From NCBI RefSeq assembly GCF_009914755.1, contig NC_060941.1: a DNA stretch of 64,000 nt; one strand, given 5' to 3'. A model generated the notes under the pieces. It did not search any database, was not told the origin of the DNA, and saw only the letters and a list, made by a program, of their open reading frames with translations. Shown in pieces: positions 1 to 13,479 of the stretch (its first letter is position 1; each line of letters starts with the position of its first letter). The position numbers and the translations under genes were made by a program. Source of the stretch: the human T2T-CHM13v2.0 reference genome, Homo sapiens.

Positions 1-420
1 TTTGATGAAAGCAAATTTATTGACGGTTAGACACACTACAAGATAATTTAGGCTGCAAAGTCAACATGAGACTTCTGGCCCAAATTGTGCAGAGTTTGGG
101 TCCAGCTGCAAAGTTCAAAGGAAGAGGCCATATAAGACGATTGTCACTTTTGACACCAACTGCAAGTTCAGGGGTTTCCCCAGAACACCCTCAGTTTCAA
201 GAATTTACTTGAAAGACTCACAGAACTCATTGAATGCCATTGTACTCACGGTTTATAATAGAGAAAGGGTAGAAATGAGGACCAATCAAAGGAAGAGACA
301 TATCACATAAGGTGGAATCTAGGAGGATTTTGAATGTTAAGTTTCCATTGTCTTCAGGATATATTACCTGCCATTGTTGTACAGCAATAAACATGGAGTA
401 CTACCAACCTGGGGAGCTCA
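1..420. mobile_element. Degenerate MER21/MER77-like LTR fragment
   Basis: tgacaccaactgcaagttc...gactcacagaactca...aaaggaagagaca motifs, partly shared with the two other MER21-like copies in the window. Confidence 0.5.
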
Positions 421-439
421 CCTGATGCTAAAATGACAC

Positions 440-3020
440 TATTTTGAAAATGAAAAGACAAAGGAAAGGATGAGATAAGATGACCTTCCACATTAAGGCA
501 CTGGAAAAAATAGCAAACTAAACCTAAAGCAAACCGAAGGAAGAAAATAAAAATTAGAGAAATTGATAACTTATAATATTAATCATATTTGTTAGTATTG
601 ACTAATTGATATTAATTCTTGACTAACTTTTTTTAAAAAGAGAAATATTCACTTCCCAATTTATTCTGTGGGGCCAGTGTTACCTTGATATGAAATTTAG
701 TCCAAATAGCATAGAAAAATAAAACTACTATAAGTATAAATGCAACATTCCTTAAAAAATACTAACAAATCAAATGTAGCAACATATAAAAGAATTATAC
801 ACTATGACAAAGTGAAATTTATACTAATCATCCCAGGTTGGTTTAACAGCCCAAAACCCATTAAGGTAATACATCTTATCCATAGAAAAAGAAACAAGAA
901 TTGCGTGATCATCTCGATAGATTCAGAAAAGACATTTAAGAAAATCCAAATGCTTTAATGATTACAAATAAAAATAAAAACTCAATGAACCAGGAATAGA
1001 GAACTTTCTACACCAGATACATGGCACCTGTGAAAAGCCAACAGCAAACATTCAACTTGCTGGTGAAAGAAAGGATACTTTCCCACAATGGTCAGAGATA
1101 AGAATAAGATATATACTTTGACCTCTTCTAGTCAACACTGTACTAAAGATTTTATGCAGGGCAAAGCGGCAAGTAAAGAAATAAGAGTCACCCATATTGA
1201 ACAGGAAGAAATAACACTTGATTTGCAAATAACATTCTTGTATATAGAAAATTTTAAGGAATCCACTGAACGATAGAACTAGTAAATTATTTCAGCAATA
1301 TTACAGCATACAAGATAAATATACAAAAATCAATTGCACACATCTACAATGAAACCCCCAAAATGAAATTAAGAAAACATTTCAATTTACAATAGCATCA
1401 AAAAAAGAAATAATAATTAATTTGGAAAATGTGATACAAGATTTTACTCTGAAAATTAAAAATTATTGTTTAAAGAAGATGTGAATAATTAACAAACATC
1501 TTACACCCATGAATTGGAAGATTTAACATTGTAGTACTTTACAGTTTGAACTACAGATTTAATGAAATCCCTACAAGTATCCCAACAGACTTCTGTCTAG
1601 AAGCTGACAAGGTGATTCTAAAATACACATGGAGTTGTAAGGGACTCAAATTAGCCAAAATAGTCTTGAAAAAAGAAAACATATTAGGATAATTCACACC
1701 TCCGTGCTCCAAACCTTACGGCAAAGCATCAGTAATCAAGACAACATAATACTGATGAAGGAAAAATATATAGATTGATGGAAGAGAACTGAGAGTCCAT
1801 ATATAAAACTATGTATCTATAGTCAATGGATTCTTACAGTGGTGCCATGTGCAATTCAATGAGGAAGAGACAGTCTTTGAACACACTGGGTCAACAACGT
1901 ACACGTGGATCACCACTTGCAAAATAATAAATTGGAACCCTTACCCCAAAGCATACAAAAATATTAACTCAAATGAATTAAAGACATACATGCAAGAGCT
2001 AGAATAAAGCATATGGGAAAATCTTCAGGATTTTGGATCTAGCAAAGAAATAGCTGTAACACCAAAAACATGAGCAACAAAATAAAAATTAGATAGTTAA
2101 AATTTCTTAAAAATTAAAGACATTGGTGTTTCAAAGGACAACCAAGCAAGTCAAAAGGCAGCTCAAAAATTGTGAGAAGATATTTGAAAAACACATATCA
2201 ATATGTCTGTATATATATGTATCTTGAATATAGAAAAATTGTTTTAACTCCGTAACAAATATCCCAACTCAAAACTGATAAATGATAGGAATAGATGTGT
2301 TTCCCAAGAAGATACACGAATGGTCAATAATCCCATAAAAACGTACTCAATAGCATCACTCATCAGGCAACTACAAATCAAAACCACATTTAGACACTCT
2401 ATGGCTAGAATTGGCCACTTTGGAAAATACTTTGAGGGCTTCTAAATATATTAAACATAGAATTGTCATATGACCTAGAAATTTATTCCTAGGTATACAC
2501 CCAGATTATTGGAAAGAGGTGTTCAAACACAAACTGTACACAAGTATTTTTAGCAGCAGTATTTAAAATAGCCAAAAACTGAACACAACTCAAATGTCAA
2601 TAAAAATATTATTGGATAAACAAAATGTTATATCCGTGAAATTGAATATTATACAGTTATAAAAAGAAATAAAGTACCAATACGTACATGAACCTTGATA
2701 GCATTATGCCAACTGAAAGGAGCCAGGCACAAAAGGCCACCTATTGTATGATTCTATTTAGATGAAAATAGAATAGGAAAATCTATAGAGACAGAAAACA
2801 GATTTATGGTTGCTTAGAATTGAGGAGGGGATGGGTGTATAGGAGGTTAACAGCTAAAGAAGGTGGGGTTTCTTTTTGAAGTGATGAAAATGCTCTGAAA
2901 TTCATTGTGATGATGGCTCCACTTCTCTGTGCATATACGAAAAGCCATTGACTTGTAGACATTAATGTGTGCACTCTACACTATGTAAATTATATCTCAA
3001 TAAATCCTTTCAAAAATACA
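440..3020 (+). mobile_element. Old L1M (L1MB/MC-like) ORF2 remnant and 3' end
   Basis: A-rich L1 ORF2-type sequence (caatcaattgc, gtgattctaaaatacacatgg, ctacaaatcaaaaccac), ending in an L1M 3'UTR (gtaaattatatctcaataaa). Confidence 0.8.
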
Positions 3021-5059
3021 CAAAAGAGTAAGGGGTTGCAACTGGGAGGCAGTTTGAAATACTGAATAGGTCTCATTGAGAATGTGAAGTTTCAGTAAAG
3101 ACTTGAGGAAGTTGAATGAGCTGATCAATGGATATATGGAGGGCTATCTTTCCAAGCCAAGAAATTAACTAGTCTTCATCATAAGACAGCAGCATGTTGG
3201 CATGTCTAGAGGACAGTGAGATGGCCAGGAACACTGGTAAGATCAAGGGTGAAGATATAAAAGAATTTGGGCGGTTAACATGCGGCAGATAATGATGGGC
3301 TTGCAGACCATTGTAAGAATTGTGGCTTTTAGTGTAAATGAAATGGGGAGACAAATCATTACCCCATTATCAGTATTTTAATAAATTGGGTCCATGAACA
3401 AAATACAATGAGATTAAATCAATTAGTAATAATATGCAAATTTGTATTAAAATTACAAGAATTACTTGCACATTTGAGAACAGGAGAGTCATGATTTTTA
3501 TCAGCAATAATAAACATTATTAATTTTAATTGTGATCAGCTAATTGAGATTAATTGCAATACATCATGCTTTATACTGTGACTGTCAAAAGGAAAATACG
3601 ATTGTAATCTTATACTACATCTATCAACATCTTTGATTCATAAGACTATAGAGTAAGCCCCTAGTTTTCAAAGCCAACTTATGAGGCAGTGACATCTTAC
3701 GCAAGTTTGCTGCTTTCTGCCACAGTGGTCCTTTGTCAGCTGGCACAAATTGTTTTACAAACGCCACTAGGTCTAAAAACACTTTGGATCACAATGAACA
3801 CAGAAACACCCTCTTCCCTTCAGAAATACCCATGAATTACTTCCAACACAGAATGAAAAATTGACAAAGGAAATATGTTGATTGTAAAAATGCCAGTTAG
3901 CTTGCATCTACATGAAAGAAAAATGCCATTTTTATTACCTTAGATCATTGTTTTACATGAGTTTTGGTATAGCACAATGTTGAACCAACGGCAAAGAGAG
4001 ATGAATTAATGAAGTCTTAAGATATCAAGAATTTAAAAGAAAAGGAAGGTCACATTTGAAGGTTAGTAACATAGCATTCATCTTCTGTTGTCACTTTTCC
4101 GTCATTCCCTGTATGCCTGATGGACAGCTTTCACTCAAGTTCAGAGAACAGCATGCAAAGATTAGCTACCAATTAATCTTTATGAAGTGAGCTTAATTTC
4201 TAGCCAGACTGAGCTTACGTTTTAGCAGGAAGAATTTTTGGGAAATGTTTATGTTAGAGTTTGCCCTTCTTGACAAGGTGAGACATAAATGTCTACTTTA
4301 TAGACATGAATTAAGATGGGAAGATATTTGGGGGAAACATTTACTCAACGCTAAATAATAAAGGTCCACAAAGGGCAAATTATACTAGATTTTTTCCCAC
4401 TTGTTTTCTACGTCTCACGCAATTCACCTTGATTCCCTTCAGTTTCTGTTTAATGTAGAACGTGGCATTTTCCTTACTTTAAGCTTCTAGCACAATGAAA
4501 GAATTTCTCTTTTTCATGAACTGCATCATAAATGAAAGGGAGGAAGAGTGTCCTATATCATATTTATTGTTCAACAAAACACTGCTCCACGGCTTAAATT
4601 CAGTTTAAAAAAGAGAATTTATTGAACATCTAACACATACATAAAAGGCAGTAAAGACAAATGAGAAGGGGGCAGGTTATTGAAGTATACAGACTTTAAT
4701 GCTGAGTTTTGTATCTTAGGAAGTTACTCCACCTTACAGAGGCCCAATTTCCCCTGATTTAGGAAGGCGATGCTAATGGGTATTGCCTAGGTGTAAGTAT
4801 AAAAATGTTGTATTTAAGAGAATCCCACAGCTTGGTATAAGGCAGAAAATAAATAGATGTGACATGAATAAGTAGTTTATTACATTTGTATGCTACCTGC
4901 AGACTAGAGGAAGCAAGAAACACAGCCACTATGCTTGATTAGCATTATATTCTAATTCAGAATATAAATAGAAAAGAGAAAAATAGAAAGCTATGCATAA
5001 ACACGTGCGTTAAAATGAATTTAATGTGGACTCTTTCATGAAAATGTTCCTAAGGTAAT

Positions 5060-5710
5060 TTATTTTTTTATTGTGATAAAATACACATAACATAAAATGT
5101 ACTCTGTTAACCATTTTAAGTGTACAGTTCAGTGGTACTAAATACAGTCATAACATTGTGCAGCCATCCCTACCATCCATCTCCATAACTCGTTTCATCT
5201 TGTGAAACTGAAACTCTATACCCATTAAACAATACTTCCCCATTTCTTCCTCCCCCCAGCTTCTGGCAACCATCATTGTACTATCTCTGTGATTCTGTCC
5301 ACTTTAAGTCCCTTATACAAATGGAATTATACTGTATTTGTCCTTCACTGACTAACTTATTTCACTTGGCATAATATCCTCAAGTTTCATCCAAGTTGCA
5401 ACATATGTCAGAATATTTCCCTCATGTTTAAGGCTGAATAATATTCCATTGTATGTATATATCATATTGTGCTTATCCATTCATCCGTTGTTGGACACTT
5501 CACTTGCTTCTACGTTTTAGCTATTGCCAATAATGCTGCTGCAAACATGGATGTGCAAATATTTTTTCAAGACTCTGCTTTCAATTCTTTTGCTATCCTG
5601 AGCTGTGGCGCTGCTGAGTCATATGGCAATATCATTTTGATGTTTTGAGGAACTACCATACTCTTTTCCACAGCAAACATAGGGTTTGGCATTCCCTCCA
5701 AAACTGCAAA
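5060..5710 (-). mobile_element. L1MA/MB 3' end fragment
   Basis: ttattgtgataaaatacacataacataaaatg...aagtgtacagttcagtggt...aaggctgaataatattccattgt, typical antisense L1M 3' end. Confidence 0.8.
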
Positions 5711-7892
5711 AGGAATGGCCACATGTTTGCCTGTGGATTTTATTCACAAGTCTTGTGGCTCTCTCTACATCCCGGCCACCATGTGTTATTTCCTGTTTAT
5801 ATATATGACATCAAACGTGCAGGAAGTAATGAACTAAATTGGAAGGATAAACATGTAGAAAAATAGAGGTAAATACTGACTGCATAAAACCATAAGAATA
5901 AGAATTTTGGATGATCTATGTATTATATACCTATTTATCTAACATCTATCTGTTCCTCCATCTGTAATTAAAATATATTACAGTTAGAGAACAGAGGAAA
6001 AAGTAGGAATACATGAATTTAAATTTTAATTCTTCTTAGATTGTCTCACAGCATCATTATATGAAAGAAAATTTATAGGTCAATGTCTGTTAACTATAAA
6101 TGTAACATTCTTAAAGTATTCAAATACATTGAATTACAGCATGAATAATATATTACAATCCAGTCAAGTTTATTTTTTTCCAGGAACACAAAGATACAGA
6201 TTTCATTTGCAATTCAAAAAAACCAGAAATCGATACATATGATTGATATATATACACATTTAATGTATTTTTAAATATACATTTTTAAAAAATAGAAATT
6301 TTTCTAGGACAAATACTTAAAATATCACTGAAAATAGTGTTATTAGCTAATAAGTTCCTAATAACTCTGGTATAACATAAGAAACCAAAATTAAAATTTC
6401 AGGTAAACTTAGAAACTCAAAATTTTAAAATTTTTATTCTGTTCTCCATATGTTCATATTTAATATTATTTCTTGTTTTCATTCTTCTTCAGTGTTGCTC
6501 TACTAAAATATAATATACAATACTAACTTTTGATTTCTGTTCTTATTACTCAAAATTGTATACATTTTCTCATGCTCTTAATTTAGTTATGTTACTTTTC
6601 TGTAATCTTGGAATTTTCACATTTGTGTTCACTCTCTTTTGAGTTCCCATAGTATCGAATAAGCTTTTTTCCCTCTTTCTGATTTGAAGGTTCATCTTCT
6701 CATAATTATTTTGTCCACTCAGTTTCTTTTCATTCTCAGTTAAGTGCCTCTCATCTGGCTTCTTTTCATTCATAAGGTTTCCTTTCATCTTAAGCCAGTC
6801 TTTTATTTATATTTTGATTCTGTTTTGTGGAGGACATGCTTCCCTGAATTTTATGGAAGAGGCCAAAAGGTTTGTTCAAGTTTTTACCTGATACATTGGA
6901 TTAAATTATCTAATGTACACACTCTTAATTTAAGTCTAGGGACGACTGTCTACTCTTGATTTTGTATAGTATTATTTTTCTTAACATCCAAGTCCATCTT
7001 CATCTATTTGTATGTGATCAATAAAAATATATTTGTCCAGAACCCTGCTTTGGCGGAGTTACTTCTTTCTAAGTAGTAGAGGTAGCAGTTGAGACATGAG
7101 CTGGGTTCTGGGTCAGTTTAGAGTGCTGGGCGACATTCCTCCTTTTGGTCTGTATGACTGAATGAATGCAGTTCTTGCTGTCTCACTCCTTTCCTTAACA
7201 CATTGAGCCATTGCAGCAGATGAGAAGGAATAATCCTGATCTGCCATTCAGGTGGAACACATGTTCTCTCCAACCACACCCATAGGTTGTGCTCACACTC
7301 GGCCAGAAGGTATCCTGTCAATGATATGGAGATGTATCTATCTAGATAGATAGATATCTACTTTGGTTTATGCTCTCTGGTTGCCTGTAAATTATCTCCT
7401 TAAAGTGAATATCAAAAGAGAGCTTGGTGATGGCAGTGTTATAGAATCTTCAAAATGCAGCACCCACACCCAGAGGAATTTGTAGATTCTGGGATTCTAA
7501 TTCAGAGACCAAACTATATAAAAGGGGAATTGGTCATTGAGGGTTGCTAGACGTTTTGCTGAGCATATTTGCTCTTTTCATGACTTTGAAATTATTTTAA
7601 AAAAATCTAACCTTTTTCTCAGTGTGCTGCAAGATGATTTGATTTTAATGCATAAGCACTAATTCTCCCCTAAGATTTGTACAATACATTTGCTCTGACA
7701 AGCCATTGCTAGCAACTCACTTCACAGCAATTTATAGCATTTCCACGATAAGTTGAATTATTTTTAACTAGACTGTCTTTGCCTTAATAAAAATATGAAG
7801 AAGCAATCTACTTGTTCTAATTAGGTTCAAAAGTTGGCAGTCTCTCTCCTGGAAAAATAATAAAACTTTTCAACGGACTAATATGCATCTAT

Positions 7893-7906
7893 AGACACAC
7901 ACACAG

Positions 7907-7934
<28 letters not shown>
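7893..7934. repeat. (CA)n microsatellite, interrupted
   Basis: Directly visible. Confidence 0.95.
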
Positions 7935-7937
<3 letters not shown>

Positions 7938-9693
7938 AGCACTATTCATAATATTTAAAGCACATTCTGTTCTATGACTTCTTTTGTCTAGCACAAAATG
8001 AAATGATCTCAGTATATGTTAAGTACCAATTTTTTCGTATGGCCAATTACAGATATTTTATATTTTAAAGATTAGAGTGTTCTTGAAGCTCTTTCTATTT
8101 CTTTGTCAATGAACTAAACATTGGCAAATATGTAGGGTTTCCCACATAAGAACATTATTAACATCAAAATAGAAAGCTGGTGGTAGAAATAATGATTGGG
8201 AACACAGAGTCTCTACTCAACGTTCTAGTTGTGTCATACCATAACTTTGTGATCTCAGGAAATATCTCTCCATGTTATCATCTCTATGTATAGTTCTGTC
8301 ATTTTTCAGTAAGAGCTTTTTGCTTAATTATGAAGTACTAGTTACCATAACCATTATTTTGAGCTTCATGTAAATCAAGAACACATGGACTCCACTTGCA
8401 AAACATTGAAAACGTAGTTAGGGATTGGGGGCATAAAGCAACATTTTAAAATGTGTAAAGACAATGAGTAAGCAACAAAGTGTCCAATTTTTTAGGGGAA
8501 AGTTGCATAGGTCAGGAAAAGGCAGGATTAAGTAACAGAGAATTTGAATGATAACTGGCCAATTGGTGTCATTCACAATTGCAAGTCATACAAACGAAGT
8601 TTGCTTTTCTAAAGAGAAAATGAGTTATTTAGAATGGGTCAACCTATTGGGGAAGCAATGTAGTTAGAGACAATGCCCAAAACCATGTGAGAAATGCTCT
8701 GTAGAGCGCACCCCTGCAATGCTGCCATTGTGAGGCCAAGTCTCTCCTTGTCTTGGTACTGAGCCCTCCATTCTGCTTCCATCATTGCCACTGCAGCTGC
8801 CATAAAATGATCCCTCAACCACCGCTGCCCAGGAACAAAGAAAGAATTCTGTCCTTCCGCGCTCTCAGATCAATTTCCAACATCAGGTGAGACTTTGATG
8901 GGCAATATTCAGTTCCCATATCCATGAAATAGATGCAGTAAAAACATAGAAATTGCCTATGTGTTTCCCAATAAGACACATATGGAAGCCTGTTTTCCCA
9001 CAACAGGAAGGGGTTTGCACGATGGGTGTTCAAAGGAACAATAGTCCCTGTAAACCATACTTTGCCCATATGAAGAAAAGCAACAAGGATTATTTAGTAA
9101 ATAGACATGGAAACTCATCCAGGGTTGGCTGATGAGAAGCTGGTTAGCAATAGGGTCTGCCTTCAGTTAGGACAAGGTCTGTGCTTCCCACGGGTTCTCT
9201 CCACAGCAGGAGGGATGCAAACTTCCCTTTCCTCCCCTGCACCTACCCTCCAATGGCCCAGAGGTCTTCAGGTGCTAGAATTTCTCAATTAATGCTGCAC
9301 AAAATAACAGACAGCCTTGACTGTCACAGTCTGTTCTCATGAAGCTAGTCTCTGCTCACTACATAAAACAGGAGAGTAAGAACAAGAGTGTTTAACGCTA
9401 CCCTAGCTCAGACATGTTTCTCTCTGTAGGATGCCAAGAACCCGGGAACCAGTGCATCTGATGCTTTCCCTTCTCGGGTTCTAGCCCAGACAAAAGAGGC
9501 AAGGGGCATTTCTTCAGATGCCTTGAGCTTCACTACACAATGACTCAGGCTCTACATGCACCCTTTTTATATATTTCTATCTTGAAAAAAATTTTTATAT
9601 AATATTAATATTTTTATATAATAAACACATACGTTTATTTTATAGATATAGATATACATAGATAAATATCTGTAGTCAGCCTTTTTCAAGGCT

Positions 9694-9970
9694 GGGCTGA
9701 TCGTGGTGCCTCAAAACTATAATCCCAACACTTTGGGAGGCCAAGGGGGCCAGATCTCTTGATCAGCCAGGGCAACATGGTTAAACCCCATCTTTACAAA
9801 AATTAGCTAGTATGGTGTCATGCACCTGCAGTCCCTGCTACTCAGGAGACTGAGGTGGGAGAATCCCTTGAGCACAGTATGTGAAGGCTTCAGTGAGCTC
9901 TGATCACATGACTGCACTCCATCTTGGGTGACAAAGTGAGACCCTCTCTCAAAAAAAAATAAAATAAAAA
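9694..9970 (+). mobile_element. Diverged Alu (AluJ-like)
   Basis: aatcccaacactttgggaggcc...gactgcactccatcttgggtgacaaagtgagaccc followed by an A tail. Confidence 0.85.
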
Positions 9971-10986
9971 GGCTACCACCATACTCACAGATAAGTGTGT
10001 CAGGTATATTTGCAGCTATCTTTCCTATACTCTATTTGGTAAAAAAAAATTTGCAAAGAACCCGTCTCATTCTAGATTTTTGTATTAATTAGACATTTCT
10101 AGTTTGTAGCAGAAGAGCTATAATCATGTTTTGTGTGTGTATTCTATAGACCAGATAGTGCAGACAGATATCAAAGCTTTTTAAAAGTATATAAGGTTAT
10201 TAGAAATATTTTAAACTGCCTATAAGTATATATGTATCCAATTGAACTATCAAATGCAAGTAGGATCATTTCCTTAGCCTGTGAAATCCACTCAATTTAT
10301 TAAAATATTTTCTAATATCTATTACAATATTTAATTAGCAAACATAAGAGGAGTTTTAAGACATTTATTTATATTTACTTACTAGATTCAAACTCGATTC
10401 CACTATTTTCAGAAATCATACTCTGAGACAAGTCCTTTTTTTATCTATGTTTCTGAGTATATTAAAAGACAGATATGTCAATTTTGCTAATCATGCTGTT
10501 CCAAACCTCTCCATCCTGATTATTTTTCGGTTTGTTCTACCAGTCCCTCAGAGACTTACTTATATTCAAATTTCTCTCTAGGTTTAACATTTGTGTATGT
10601 CTTCTTGTGGTTTTGTCTATTTTTGCTGTATATAATTTAAGACATTTTATTGACATATCATACATGCAGAAAAGTACAATGATTAAATATAGATACCTTG
10701 ATTAATGAAACACATGTATTTGCTTATAACCATATATGAAAATAGAACAGTACTAAAAGTAGTGATACTTGTCCTGCCCCTTTCCAAACACTAACCCTCA
10801 TCCTCAATAGTAACAGATTTTTATCATAATTTGGTCTATTTTCAAATTTGTATTAAATAAATCAGACTACTCTATGTTTCTTTCATTGTTGTTATTTTGC
10901 TTATAGTATTTATCTGCTAATGGTCATGGTAGATTAAAGACGGCTACATACACATTTTTTAATTAATAGATTTTTTTGAGCACTTT

Positions 10987-11113
10987 GTGGCTCATGCCTC
11001 TAATCCCATCACTTTGGGAGGCTGAGGTGGGTGGATCATGAGGTCAGGAGATCGAGACCATCCTGGCCAACGTGGTAAAACCCCTTCTCTACTAAAATAC
11101 AAAAAATTAGCTG
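10987..11113 (+). mobile_element. Truncated Alu (left arm only)
   Basis: gtggctcatgcc...gatcatgaggtcaggagatcgagaccatcctggcc...aaaaaattagctg, then abrupt loss of similarity. Confidence 0.85.
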
Positions 11114-11259
11114 ATAGATAACATCAAGATAACATCTGGGTTCTTAGCTGCACTAAGTCAAGCCTACTTACATCTTTCTTTGTCTTCCCCTGCACTTTTC
11201 CTACCACATCACACTCCAGGAATGCCAAGCTGTGCTGGCCTTCTACCCCATTTCCACTA

Positions 11260-12075
11260 TTTTGCCCCCGCCGCCGCGGCTTTCTGCCCCGGGCCCCGCG
11301 GATTTTTGCGCCCGCCGCCGCGGCTTTTTGGGGCTTTTTGCCGCCGCCGCCGCGCCTTTTTGCCACCGCGGCTTTTTCCCCCGCCCCCGTGGCTTTTTGT
11401 CATCGCCGCTGCCGGTTTTTGCCCCGCCGCAGCGGCTTCATTCCCCCGCGGCTTTTTGGGGACTTTTGCCCCCGTCGCCGCGGCTTCTTGCGGCTTTTTG
11501 CCGCTGTGGCTCTTTGCCCCCGAAGCCACGGCTTTTTGCCCCCGCCGCCGTGGCTTTTTGCAGCTTTTTGCAGCTTTTTATCCCCACCGCCGCGGCTTTT
11601 TGCCCCCGCCGTCGAGGTTTTTGCCCCCGCCGCCGCGGCTTTTTGCCCCACCGCTACGGCTTTTTGCCCCTGAAGCCACAGCTTTTTGCCCTCGCCGCCG
11701 CGGCTTTTTGCGTCTTTTTGCCCCCGCCGCCGCAGCTTTTTGCCCCCGCCGCTATGGCTTTTTGCCGCCGCGGCTTTTCGCCGCTTTTTCCCCCAGTCGC
11801 CGCGGCTTTTTGCCCCCCCGCCGCCGCGGTTTTTTGTGGTTTTTTGCCCGCGCTCCCGCTGCTTTTTGCACCCGCCGCTGCGGCTTTTTGCTTCCGCCTC
11901 AGCGGCTTTTTTTCGCGGCGGCTTTTTGCCCCCACCGCCACGGCTTTTTACGGCTTTTTGCGGCTTTTTGCCCCCACCGCCGCGGGTTTTTTCAGCTTTT
12001 TGTCCCCGCCGCCGCGGCTTTTTGCCCCCGCTGCGGATTTTTGCCGCCGTGGCTTTTTGCCCCGACCGCCTTTGC
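11260..12075. repeat. CpG-rich degenerate tandem repeat, unit ~21-22 bp (GCTTTTTGCCCCCGCCGCCGCG), pericentromeric CAAAAAG/GGGCAAAAAGCCG-type
   Basis: Dozens of degenerate copies with T4-6 tracts alternating with GCC/CCGCGG spacers, plus a shorter ~10-11 bp gcggcttttt subunit. Confidence 0.92.
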
Positions 12076-12273
12076 AACCTTAATTTTACTTGAAATCTAA
12101 TTTCCCACTGCCATGAAACCTATTTGTATGTTAGACTCTGGGAATTAGGACATGAACATTTTTGGGAGGCTGTTATTTTGTCTACAGCAGACATAATCTA
12201 TTTACCTGCAGATTAAAGTGTTCTTTATTTTTCTGCCTCTCTCTCAATTTTTTTAAATAATATGAATTGTGGT

Positions 12274-12729
12274 AAAGAGAAGGAAAAGAAAGAAAAAAGG
12301 AAGGAAAGAAAGAAGAAAGAAAAGAAGGAGGAAATGAGAGAAGGGAGGGAGGAAGGGAGAAAAAAGCAAGAACTCAAGAAAGAAAGTGAGAAAGAAAGGA
12401 AGGGAGGAAGGAAAGGAGGAAGAGAGAATGGTACAAGGGAGGAAGGCAAAGAAAATAAAGAGGGGAAGGATGGAAGGAGAAAGGAGGGAAGGGAGGGAGG
12501 AAGGAACAAGAGGGAGGGAGGAAGGCAGAAAAAAAGGAAAGAAAGCAAAAAAGTGAGAAAGAAGAGAAAAGGGAGGGAGAAAAGGGAGGGAGGAGGGAAG
12601 GAAGATTAAGGGGAAAGAAGGAAGGAAAGAAGGAGAAAAAAGAAAAGAAAAAAGGAAAAGAAGAAAAGAAAGAGGAAAAGAAGGAAGAAGGGAAGAGAAG
12701 AGAAAGGAAGATGGAAAGAAGGAAGGAAG
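12274..12729 (+). repeat. GA-rich polypurine low-complexity tract
   Basis: ~450 bp of almost only A/G (GAAA, GGAA, GGGA units). Confidence 0.95.
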
Positions 12730-12789
12730 CCCGCAAATATTAGAAATTCTGGGTTTGTTAGAGAATATGCCATACTGTTATTTTTTTTC

Positions 12790-13188
12790 ACTTGAAAGAG
12801 TATCTGCCATTGAAGATTGGATGTCTTGTTGGTGATATTGTTGTTCTTATCTTCCATATGATTACTGAGTTTGTGCCTAGTCTGTCCATTACTAAGACAA
12901 AAGTGTTGAAGTCTGCAAATATAATTTTGGATTTTTCTAGTTCACCTTTGATTTCTTTCATGTCTTACCTCATGTATTTGGAGGTTCTGTTGTTAGCTGC
13001 GTACCCTAATTAGGATGTTTATGTCTTCTTGAGAATTGATTATTATGTTATCTATTATCTCTCATCTCTGATACTATTTCTTGTTCCAAACTCTGTTGTG
13101 TCTAATATCAATGTAGTCCTTCCACAGCTTTATTTTAGTGTTTCCATGATATGGCTTTCTCCATATCTTGATGATAACCTATTTATAT
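12790..13188 (-). mobile_element. Old L1M fragment truncated at the duplication junction
   Basis: gtgttgaagtctgcaaatataattttggattt...gaggttctgttgttagctgcgtac...gagaattgatt, antisense L1 ORF2-like, stopping at the compositional switch. Confidence 0.65.
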
Positions 13189-13479
13189 ACCCATCCCGGA
13201 TGGCTGGGGCAGACCCCAGGGTGGCGCCGGCAGACACTCGTTGGGAAAGTCTGCAGGGACTTCCAGGTGGCAGGGTTGGTTCTAGGCCAGCTCCCTACCT
13301 ACCTCTCAGGGCTGCTGTTGAGGGTGAATGAGATCTGGCAAGTCCAGGGAGTCCCTAGGTACCAGTCAGCGCTGAATTTGAACCTGATGTCTGTGCTAGC
13401 ATTTCCATCACCAAGAACCCGGTTTTTGGTATGTCTCATCATCAATCCCATGCTTTGTAAGATTTTAATAGTAATGATA

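Noticed and set aside
11260-12075. CRISPR-like repeat/spacer appearance
   Set aside because: There are no unique spacers, the units are degenerate tandem copies, the context is eukaryotic and there are no cas genes.
11124-12100. Long overlapping ORFs (up to 306 aa; Ala/Pro/Phe/Arg-rich or Lys/Gly/Arg-rich) in several frames
   Set aside because: They result from the stop-poor GC tandem repeat: open on both strands, with no recognisable domain.
12225-12857. Lys/Glu/Arg-rich and Phe/Ser/Leu-rich ORFs
   Set aside because: Translations of the GA low-complexity tract.
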